Shown here piece by piece: positions 26,042 through 33,415 of a stretch of 33,415 nucleotides of DNA. The DNA lies in IMG/VR virus record IMGVR_UViG_3300005805_000266, positions 1-33,415 of that record, one strand, 5' to 3'. The position numbers were made by a program, and so were the translations under genes. Numbering within the stretch: the stretch's first letter is position 1; each line of letters begins with the position of its first letter. The notes below the pieces were generated by a model, which worked only from the letters and a program-made list of their open reading frames with translations, did no database searches and was not told the DNA's origin. This DNA is from a virus. Lineage: Duplodnaviria > Caudoviricetes.

Positions 26042-29000
26042 ATGGCAAATATTACGAGGAATTTTACTGCGGGTAGGATGAATAAGGTTGTTGATGAACG
26101 CCTTGTTCCAAATGGAGAGTATATTGATGCACTCAATGTTCGCATGGGCTCTACTGAACAGTCTGAAATAGGTGTCATTGAAAATACAAAAGGTAATCTA
26201 CCTTTAACTTCACTAACATATATAGATGGAACACCACTTAGTTCATCTGCTAAATGCATAGGTGCTATAGAGGATAGTGCAAATGAAACCATATATTGGT
26301 TTATACATGACAGTAACTTCGCTGTTGGTGCTACAGGTAAACTTGATATGATTGTGTCATTTAATGTTTACACAAACATACTTACGTATCACGTAATTAG
26401 TATAGACGATGGAGATGGTATAAATACTACACTTAATTTTAATGAGCAATATCTTATAACAGGTATTGACATTGTAGAAGACTTGTTGTTTTTTACAGAC
26501 GACTATAATGCACCAAGATTTATTAATAGGAAAAGAAACTATGCTAATCCTGTTGGTAACATAGACCAATTTAGTGCTGAGTCTTTGCTTGTTATAAAGA
26601 AGCCGCCAATTGCATCTCCTGCAATACAGCCTATAGTTACAGGCGGTCAGGACAATTTTATGGAGACAAGGTATATCTGTTTTGCGTACAGATATAGGTA
26701 TCAGGATAATGAATATTCTGCAACATCACAATTCTCTGCACCTGCATTTATAACAAAACCATTTGAGTTTAGTATCAATAGCTTTTTAAATGAAGGCATG
26801 GTTAACCTTGCCAATTCAACTATCATAACATATAACTCAGGTGGACCACTTGTTGTTGGGGTAGACCTATTATTTAAGGAGGCACAGAGTAATGTAATAA
26901 GAGTTATTGAAAAACTTGACAAATCTATTCTTGGTCTTGCTGATAATACTGATTATACCTATGTGTTTACCAATAGTAAAATATTTACTATACTTCCTGA
27001 GTCTGAGATATTGAGGCTATATGATAACGTGCCATTGCTCGCTAAGGCTCAAACCATGATGGGCAATAGGCTTATGTATGGGAACTATGTTGAGGGGTAT
27101 GACTTGGTTGACAAATTTGGTCAGCCTGTAAGATTTGAATATAATGCAGAGTTAGTTACTGAGTCTGTAGACACCACTGAACTTGTTGACACTACAGCAA
27201 CGGGTTCATATACTATTAATGGAGCTCAGTCAATACCAAATGCTACGCTATATTTTGATTTGACAGGAGCAGAGTTAATTGCAGGTTCTTCAATTAGTGC
27301 AGAGATAAGGCTTAATCATAATTCATTTTCAGGAGATACCCCACCACCTACACAGCAATCTCAAAATATTGAAATAACATTTTCATTTATTCTTAATAGG
27401 GATTATACATCAGTTTATGACTTGGCAACGAGTGTTGAGTTTCAGGAAGCTGTTGGAACAGTATCAAATATAAATCCTGTATATCCATTTACGCCGGGTG
27501 GTAATACGCTTACTGACCAACTTAATGATGCATTACCATTAAACTTAGATGCACTTACAAAATATTCAAGTGGTATTAGCTCGGGAGGTCAAGCCATAGC
27601 TATACTTACTACTCCTGCGAGTCAACTTATAGGTTTACAATTTATAGCGATGAGGTATGTAGATAATACCACTACGCCTACATTTAACGTATACGAATAC
27701 TACTCTGTTGTATTTGCAGAAGTGACTTATCAAAAAATAAACTCACCGCAAAGTCTTCACAGTAATCGTGGGTATGAGATTGGTATTGTTTACATGGATG
27801 AATACAATAGAGCATCAACAGCTTTAGTAAGTCCTAATAATACTGTATCTATACCATGTGCTAATTCAAGCACAAAGAACTCTATTCAGGTAACTATACC
27901 GATAACACAACGTGCACCATATTGGGCTAAGAGATACAAGTTTGTTATTAAGCCTGACGAAGAAAATTATGATACTATTTACAGTAGCATATTCTTTAAT
28001 GACCCTAATTCAAATGATGTATTTCTTCTTCTTGAAGGAGAGAATGCAAGAAAGGTTGAACAGGGTGATAGGTTAATTGTAAAAGCTGACACAAGTGGTC
28101 CAACTACTTCATGTGTATATGCAACTGTTCTTGAGAAAGAAGCAAAGGCTGAAGGTTTTATTACAATACCAAGCGAGCTTGACCCGAATGTAGACATACC
28201 TGTACCATCAGGTGTTTATATGAAAATGAATCCAAGCAATTTTGCAGTCGTAAAAGATGAGCTTTCTGTTATTGCTCCGGGTGTTATACAAGTTGATGAA
28301 AACACAGCAGGTGATTTTCCTATTCTGAATTATCCGATGAATACGTACATAGGAGCCGGATATGACCCTCTTAATCCAACATGGGAGTACGATGATTATG
28401 ATGTTCCTGCAGGTAGTAGGATTAAAATAAGTTTTAAGTTCCAAAGATATGGAACAGGTGATGGAAATAATGCTTGTGAAAAGAGAATATATACGTTAGA
28501 AAAGAATCTTGTTTCATCAGCTTCTTATGCAGATATGAAAGATTGGTGGGATGGCGAGAACGTAGAAAATGTTATAACAGAAGGTATAATAGATGTTGGT
28601 GCAGGAGGTGGCACAATTAATAATACCTATATATCCACTTTAGCATCTTCTAATATAGACATACCAACAGCTATTGATACAAACTATTATAGATTTTACA
28701 GGGACCCATCTACCAATCAACTGATGTTGATTTTAAGTGGTACTGTAAGGTGCGGAGGAGTTGCTTCAAGAAATAAAAGAAGGTCAACTATTATAGCTAA
28801 TGTTGAGGTATTTAGGGCAGATACTACTTTGATATTTGAGACAGAGCCACAAGACGCTTTGCCTGATTTGTTTTTTGAAAACAATCTTTCTCTTGGTATT
28901 GATGCTAATGGAAACCATGAGGGCAATATTCAAAATCAAAACATTGTAGGTGGAACACCCGCTATTATAGATACTGAATTTTTTAACTGCTTCTGTTTTG

Positions 29001-30469
29001 GAAATGGAGCGGAAAGCTATAAGATAAGAGATTCAATAGTTGGCAAGACATTTAATCTTGGTAATAGGGTTACTTCTGTTTCTGCTGAAAACTATAAGGA
29101 GGCTGATAGATTTGCTGACATTACATATAGTGGTGTATATAATACTGAATCCAATGTAAATAAACTCAATGAGTTCAACTTGGGTCTTTTAAACTTTAAA
29201 CCACTTGAACAGTCATTTGGTCCTATCTACAGAATGGATGGCAGGGAGACAGACATCCTTACTCTTCAAGAAGATAAAATATCATACGTTCTTACAGGAA
29301 AGAATTTACTGTCTGACTCTACAGGCGGAGGCGTGATAGCATCTGTCCCTGAAGTGTTAGGTACTCAGATTGCAAGAACCGAGAAGTATGGCATAAGTTT
29401 TAACCCCGAGAGTTATGTTCAGTGGGGATACGACAGGTACTTTACAGATGTTAAGCGTGGTGCTGTATTGCAGCTTAAGGGTAGCTCATATAGCAATGAC
29501 CAACTTAGGGTTGTGTCTGAAAGCGGTATGAGGACTTGGTTCAGGGATACTTTTATTGATTCGTTCAGCACTCAAAAGCTCGGAGGTTTTGACCCATATC
29601 TAAATGAATATGTACTGAGTACAAATGATACTCAGCTTCCTGCAATAATAGAATGTGTAGAATGCGGAATATCAAGAACTGCTGAAATAGCTTCAGGAGA
29701 ATCTCTTGAGTATTGCGTAACCGTTGGAAGCCCTGTTGGTAATGTTATAGTAAACTATGATGTTCCTGCTGCGTCTACAGGGGATTTTGTTGTAAATGCT
29801 ACTTATAATGGTGTTACTGTTAGCTCAGGTGTTGTTAGCGTATCAGGTTCTATTACAGTAAATAAAAACCTAAACAGCATAGACTTTGTGGATGTACAGG
29901 TTGTTGCTATAGATGATATAACAATTAATGTTACAACTGATTGCCCTCTTTCGCAACAGCTTACCATAATAGAAGTTTGTGTAACAAATAATGTTGAAGC
30001 AGGTAAGTTTATACATAATGAATATAGGTACACGAGTGGTGCATTTGTTTCACCACTTCAATCTAACTTGGTTACGTTTGCATCAGGTCCATCTAATCCA
30101 ATAGTATCAAGATATAATGCAATTACAGGTGTTGTAGGCACAGGCGGGTTCCCTCCTGCAGGCAGCACAATGAGGCTTGCTTCTAATAAGATAGGGTTTG
30201 ATGATTTTGTTTTTGATGTAACTCAGGACAATTTTAAATACCTAAGAAGTAATACCCTATATACAAATACATCATCTAATATTGCAACCCTATTGACTGC
30301 AGCATCAAATGCTACACCAATAGCAGGTTCAGCACCATATTATTATGCAGATTTCACCGTACCTTCGGTGGGTCAATATCTATATTTGATATGGGATTAT
30401 AGAAATTCATTACCGGTAGAGCTTTGTTATTCTGTAATATCAGAAAATGACGCTTGTTGTGATTGTTAA
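26042..30469 (+). CDS. Tail stabilisation / muzzle protein (P22 gp10-like), N-terminal part plus appended domains
   Basis: F..GRMNK..DERLVP.GEY.DALN start, FTDDYN.PR.IN, FAYRYRY.D.EYS, GNRLMYGNY, YGIS.NPES and GGFDP..NEY motifs of the crAss-like family. Confidence 0.8.
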   Translation: MANITRNFTAGRMNKVVDERLVPNGEYIDALNVRMGSTEQSEIGVIENTKGNLPLTSLTYIDGTPLSSSAKCIGAIEDSANETIYWFIHDSNFAVGATGKLDMIVSFNVYTNILTYHVISIDDGDGINTTLNFNEQYLITGIDIVEDLLFFTDDYNAPRFINRKRNYANPVGNIDQFSAESLLVIKKPPIASPAIQPIVTGGQDNFMETRYICFAYRYRYQDNEYSATSQFSAPAFITKPFEFSINSFLNEGMVNLANSTIITYNSGGPLVVGVDLLFKEAQSNVIRVIEKLDKSILGLADNTDYTYVFTNSKIFTILPESEILRLYDNVPLLAKAQTMMGNRLMYGNYVEGYDLVDKFGQPVRFEYNAELVTESVDTTELVDTTATGSYTINGAQSIPNATLYFDLTGAELIAGSSISAEIRLNHNSFSGDTPPPTQQSQNIEITFSFILNRDYTSVYDLATSVEFQEAVGTVSNINPVYPFTPGGNTLTDQLNDALPLNLDALTKYSSGISSGGQAIAILTTPASQLIGLQFIAMRYVDNTTTPTFNVYEYYSVVFAEVTYQKINSPQSLHSNRGYEIGIVYMDEYNRASTALVSPNNTVSIPCANSSTKNSIQVTIPITQRAPYWAKRYKFVIKPDEENYDTIYSSIFFNDPNSNDVFLLLEGENARKVEQGDRLIVKADTSGPTTSCVYATVLEKEAKAEGFITIPSELDPNVDIPVPSGVYMKMNPSNFAVVKDELSVIAPGVIQVDENTAGDFPILNYPMNTYIGAGYDPLNPTWEYDDYDVPAGSRIKISFKFQRYGTGDGNNACEKRIYTLEKNLVSSASYADMKDWWDGENVENVITEGIIDVGAGGGTINNTYISTLASSNIDIPTAIDTNYYRFYRDPSTNQLMLILSGTVRCGGVASRNKRRSTIIANVEVFRADTTLIFETEPQDALPDLFFENNLSLGIDANGNHEGNIQNQNIVGGTPAIIDTEFFNCFCFGNGAESYKIRDSIVGKTFNLGNRVTSVSAENYKEADRFADITYSGVYNTESNVNKLNEFNLGLLNFKPLEQSFGPIYRMDGRETDILTLQEDKISYVLTGKNLLSDSTGGGVIASVPEVLGTQIARTEKYGISFNPESYVQWGYDRYFTDVKRGAVLQLKGSSYSNDQLRVVSESGMRTWFRDTFIDSFSTQKLGGFDPYLNEYVLSTNDTQLPAIIECVECGISRTAEIASGESLEYCVTVGSPVGNVIVNYDVPAASTGDFVVNATYNGVTVSSGVVSVSGSITVNKNLNSIDFVDVQVVAIDDITINVTTDCPLSQQLTIIEVCVTNNVEAGKFIHNEYRYTSGAFVSPLQSNLVTFASGPSNPIVSRYNAITGVVGTGGFPPAGSTMRLASNKIGFDDFVFDVTQDNFKYLRSNTLYTNTSSNIATLLTAASNATPIAGSAPYYYADFTVPSVGQYLYLIWDYRNSLPVELCYSVISENDACCDC

Positions 30470-30480
30470 AAAAAGATAAA

Positions 30481-32187
30481 ATGGCAACATCAGGAACTTA
30501 TTATTTAGATGCTCCTTCACTTGGTTCAGCCACTGTGATTTATTCTGATATAAATTTAACTACAATTGCCCCTGATGGATTTTACTCTGATGGCGTAATA
30601 GTTAGAGAGCAAGCATTAGGTGTTCTTTTGCCACAAGTCACCTGTGGTTCATGTATACCTGTATGTGGTGGTACAATATCTGCGTCAGGTGTACAGGGTG
30701 TATATAACTTAAGCCTTGACTTAGGAATAGCAACCGGTGCTGTAGTTGTATCATTTGACCCGATAGGTGTACCTGATGGTATTATAGCACAATATAATAG
30801 CACATACTATAATGGGCTGTCATCACCTTCATTTGGATGGCTTCAAGGTTCTTTAAGTAGCTTGCCTACTTATATTGGAGATTCATTAAGTGATTGTGGG
30901 ATTGTTGCAGGAAGCCCATACGTATTAAATGTTTATAATTATGTAGGCGGTTCATTTGTTCCGTCAGGTGGTACTGAAAATGTAACAATATTATCAGCTC
31001 AGTTAGATTTAACTGCAGGGTTGCCGGGAGATTGTAAGATGGTTATACCAAAAACATCAGCATCTCCATCTGTATTGACATTAAAATTTATTGGTCCATG
31101 TCCCGGAACAGTATTTAATGTAGGAGCGACTTGCCCTGCACCATTAACTTCTTTTGCGTCATCAACCGTTGGTGGTTCATCTGCTGCTGCTTGCTCTGAT
31201 TCAATAGACCAAACATATTATGTTGCTCATGTAAATGGGGCAGGAGGCGTTCTTGGATTGTATGATTTGGTTTTTAGTGACATAAATGGAGAGTTTAAAT
31301 TGCCTGCAGGATATTATAGAACATCGGCAGCAGGTGCTAATGATTGGTTTCAGGTAGACTCTAATGGTGTTATCATATCATTTGGCGTTTGTCCAACACC
31401 GCCTGTATCATACAACTGTATCAGTGGTAACTGTATTGACCCGGGAGACGGTAGTGGAACCTATGCAACATTAGCAGCATGTCAGTCTGCATGTGGAACG
31501 CCACCTCCTGTTTCGTATGATTGTATTGGAGGAAGCTGTATTGACCCGGGCGATGGTTCGGGTACCTATGCAACGTTGGCAGCATGTCAGGCTGTTTGCA
31601 CACCACCACCCCCGGTATCTTATAACTGTATCAGTGGAAACTGCATAGACCCCGGAGATGGCTCAGGTACCTATGCAACGTTGGCAGCATGTCAGGCGGC
31701 ATGTGGAACACCGCCACCTGTATCATATAATTGTGTGAGTGGCAACTGCGTAGACCCCGGTGATGGTTCGGGTACGTATGCTACATTAGCAGCATGTCAA
31801 GCAGCTTGCTTTGCTGTTACATATAACTGTGTTAGTGGTAACTGCGTTGACCCGGGAGATGGAACAGGAACTTATGCAACTTTAGCAGCTTGTCAAGCAG
31901 CGTGCTTTGCTGTAACATACAATTGTGTTAGTGGAAACTGTATAGACCCCGGTGACGGAACAGGAACCTACGCTACATTGGCGGCTTGTCAAGCAGCTTG
32001 TCCTCCACCTTGCGATTGTCATGATGGTACAATAAATGATAATAATGCGTTTAACTATTATGATTGTGATGGTAACTCTATCTCAGGAGGAGCTGAACTT
32101 GGAAGTGCAATATGTTTTGATATTACTAAACCTTTTAGCGGAAACATTACTGATGATGGACCATCTGTAGTTTGTTCATGTGCTTAA
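30481..32187 (+). CDS. Cys-rich virion accessory protein with six tandem 4-Cys repeats
   Basis: Start reassigned to 30481 (MATSGTYY, A-rich leader); beta-rich N-terminal domains followed by repeats. Confidence 0.8.
   Translation: MATSGTYYLDAPSLGSATVIYSDINLTTIAPDGFYSDGVIVREQALGVLLPQVTCGSCIPVCGGTISASGVQGVYNLSLDLGIATGAVVVSFDPIGVPDGIIAQYNSTYYNGLSSPSFGWLQGSLSSLPTYIGDSLSDCGIVAGSPYVLNVYNYVGGSFVPSGGTENVTILSAQLDLTAGLPGDCKMVIPKTSASPSVLTLKFIGPCPGTVFNVGATCPAPLTSFASSTVGGSSAAACSDSIDQTYYVAHVNGAGGVLGLYDLVFSDINGEFKLPAGYYRTSAAGANDWFQVDSNGVIISFGVCPTPPVSYNCISGNCIDPGDGSGTYATLAACQSACGTPPPVSYDCIGGSCIDPGDGSGTYATLAACQAVCTPPPPVSYNCISGNCIDPGDGSGTYATLAACQAACGTPPPVSYNCVSGNCVDPGDGSGTYATLAACQAACFAVTYNCVSGNCVDPGDGTGTYATLAACQAACFAVTYNCVSGNCIDPGDGTGTYATLAACQAACPPPCDCHDGTINDNNAFNYYDCDGNSISGGAELGSAICFDITKPFSGNITDDGPSVVCSCA
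31411..32001 (+). repeat. Six tandem YxCxxGxCxDPGDGxGTYATLAACQxxC repeats
   Basis: Periods of 105 nt (Pro-rich linker) and 96 nt (FAVT linker); amino acids nearly identical, synonymous sites diverged. Confidence 0.92.
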
Positions 32188-32196
32188 AAATAAAAT

Positions 32197-33003
32197 ATGG
32201 CAGATTATACTTTATCATATAGCGAAGGCGTACAGGGTTGGACTTCATTCTTTTCTTTCTATCCTGATTGGATGATAGGGATGAACAACTACTTCTATAC
32301 TTTTAAGGGCGGTAATTTATACCGTCATAATGTAAATAATACACGAAACAATTTCTATGGTCAGCAATATACTTCTCAATTGGTGAGTGTATTCAACGAT
32401 TTCCCTCTTGAGAATAAGCTATTCAAGACCTTGAACTTGGAAGGCGATGATACGTGGTCTGCATTGATGGAGACTGACATACAGACTTCAGGGTTTATTC
32501 AAGACTCTTGGTTTGAAAAGAAAGAGCAGTCATGGTTTGCATTTGTCAGAAACTCAGGAACTACCCCGGCACAACCATCTGAGTACGCCCTAAGGTCCAC
32601 AAATGGTATAGGAAGAAGTTTAACTATCACAGGAACAGGAGCTGCGGTTCAGGTAAACTTTGTTATTGGAGCAAACCCTGTAGCAATAGGAAGTATTATA
32701 AGCATAGGTGACATACTATACTACAGTCTGCCACCTTCCTTTAATACCCCACTTTTGTTTGGAAGGGTTACCAATATACAGGTTAACTACCCCGGTGGTT
32801 TAAATAGGATTACGGTAGACACGACTATCCCCGGAGCTACCATTCCGGGTATACAGAACCCGTACATAATGTTCATTAAAAACTCTGTGGCTGAGTCTCA
32901 TGGGGTTCTTGGGCACTACTGCGTATTTGACCTTGAAAATGGAAGCACTGCTCATATTGAACTATTTGCCGTAGAGTCAGAGGTGATGAAAAGTTATCCT
33001 TAA
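32197..33003 (+). CDS. Probable separated C-terminal part of the muzzle/stabilisation protein
   Basis: TLSYSE...GWTSFFSF.P...NNYFYTFKGG.LY.H...NNFYG.Q..S..VFN..P..NK.FKT..LEG...FEKKE resembles the C-terminal region of crAss-like stabilisation proteins. Confidence 0.6.
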   Translation: MADYTLSYSEGVQGWTSFFSFYPDWMIGMNNYFYTFKGGNLYRHNVNNTRNNFYGQQYTSQLVSVFNDFPLENKLFKTLNLEGDDTWSALMETDIQTSGFIQDSWFEKKEQSWFAFVRNSGTTPAQPSEYALRSTNGIGRSLTITGTGAAVQVNFVIGANPVAIGSIISIGDILYYSLPPSFNTPLLFGRVTNIQVNYPGGLNRITVDTTIPGATIPGIQNPYIMFIKNSVAESHGVLGHYCVFDLENGSTAHIELFAVESEVMKSYP

Positions 33004-33011
33004 TTTTTCAA

Positions 33012-33019
33012 TATCTTTG
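33012..33019 (+). promoter_or_regulatory. TAnnTTTG -7 element, probably leaderless
   Basis: TATCTTTG, 5 nt before ATG 33025. Confidence 0.6.
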
Positions 33020-33024
33020 TATAG

Positions 33025-33415
33025 ATGGCATTTATTGTACGACCATTGAACGAAAATGACTACGATTCTACGTTGGTAGGATGGTGGAAGGATTGGGGAT
33101 GGGAGCCTGCGCAGAAAGACTTTCTGCCGGATGATGGAAAGGGTGGTATAATGATACTTGATGGAGAAGAACCTGTATGTGCAGGGTTTATCTACACCAC
33201 AAACTCTAAGGTTGCGTGGGTTGATTGGATAATCTCAAACAGGAAGTACAGGAAAAAACCGGAGAGAGGACAAGCGATAAAATTATTAGTCGATACGTTG
33301 ACTAATATTTGTAGAAATACAGGGCATAAATATAGTTATGCTTTGATAAAACACCCGGGCCTTGTTGCAGCCTATAAAGAATTAGGATACATCAAGGGAG
33401 AGGGATATATAGGAG
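33025..33415 (+). CDS. GNAT-fold acetyltransferase-like protein (truncated by window end)
   Basis: Not in the track; MAFIVRPLNENDYD..WWKDWGW...PVCAGFIYTTNS.VAWVDWIISN..YR...YKELGY. Confidence 0.7.
   Translation, partial: MAFIVRPLNENDYDSTLVGWWKDWGWEPAQKDFLPDDGKGGIMILDGEEPVCAGFIYTTNSKVAWVDWIISNRKYRKKPERGQAIKLLVDTLTNICRNTGHKYSYALIKHPGLVAAYKELGYIKGEGYIG

Noticed and set aside
9249-31609. Remaining short minus-strand and nested ORFs inside structural genes
   Set aside because: Shadows of long + strand genes without independent evidence.
31411-32001. CRISPR array or DGR template/variable repeat
   Set aside because: Repeats are in-frame coding units that vary at synonymous sites, with no unique spacers, no adenine-specific variation and no reverse transcriptase in the window.
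7287-33003. Stop-codon reassignment as seen in some crAss-like phages
   Set aside because: Long genes are intact under the standard code, and TAG and TGA both terminate genes at sensible positions.

Overview
This window is the morphogenesis half of a tailed dsDNA phage genome, most likely a crAss-like (Crassvirales-related) podovirus infecting Bacteroidota. Almost all genes are on the + strand. Order: groEL - zinc-ribbon protein - groES; one antisense winged-helix regulator; a dense cluster of tiny Lys/Arg-rich proteins (several missed by the ORF track); a head-spike-base homologue; a lysis cassette (M15 peptidase endolysin, several holin and spanin candidates); a 1869-aa repeat-rich tail fibre with accessory genes; a second, double-domain GroES-like protein; a 2OG-Fe(II) oxygenase; terminase, portal, scaffold, major capsid protein, ring/adaptor proteins; a muzzle/stabilisation protein that appears split around a Cys-repeat protein; and a truncated GNAT-like gene. 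Intergenic TAnnTTTG boxes and A-rich, SD-less leaders point to a Bacteroidota host. The most notable candidate systems are a self-contained phage chaperonin machinery with two different co-chaperonins, the split muzzle with an inserted disulfide-type repeat protein, the basic microprotein cluster, and strong CCAG/CTGG and GATC avoidance that breaks down only in an apparently recently acquired tail-tip segment. Family assignments come from motif recognition by eye, not from database searches.
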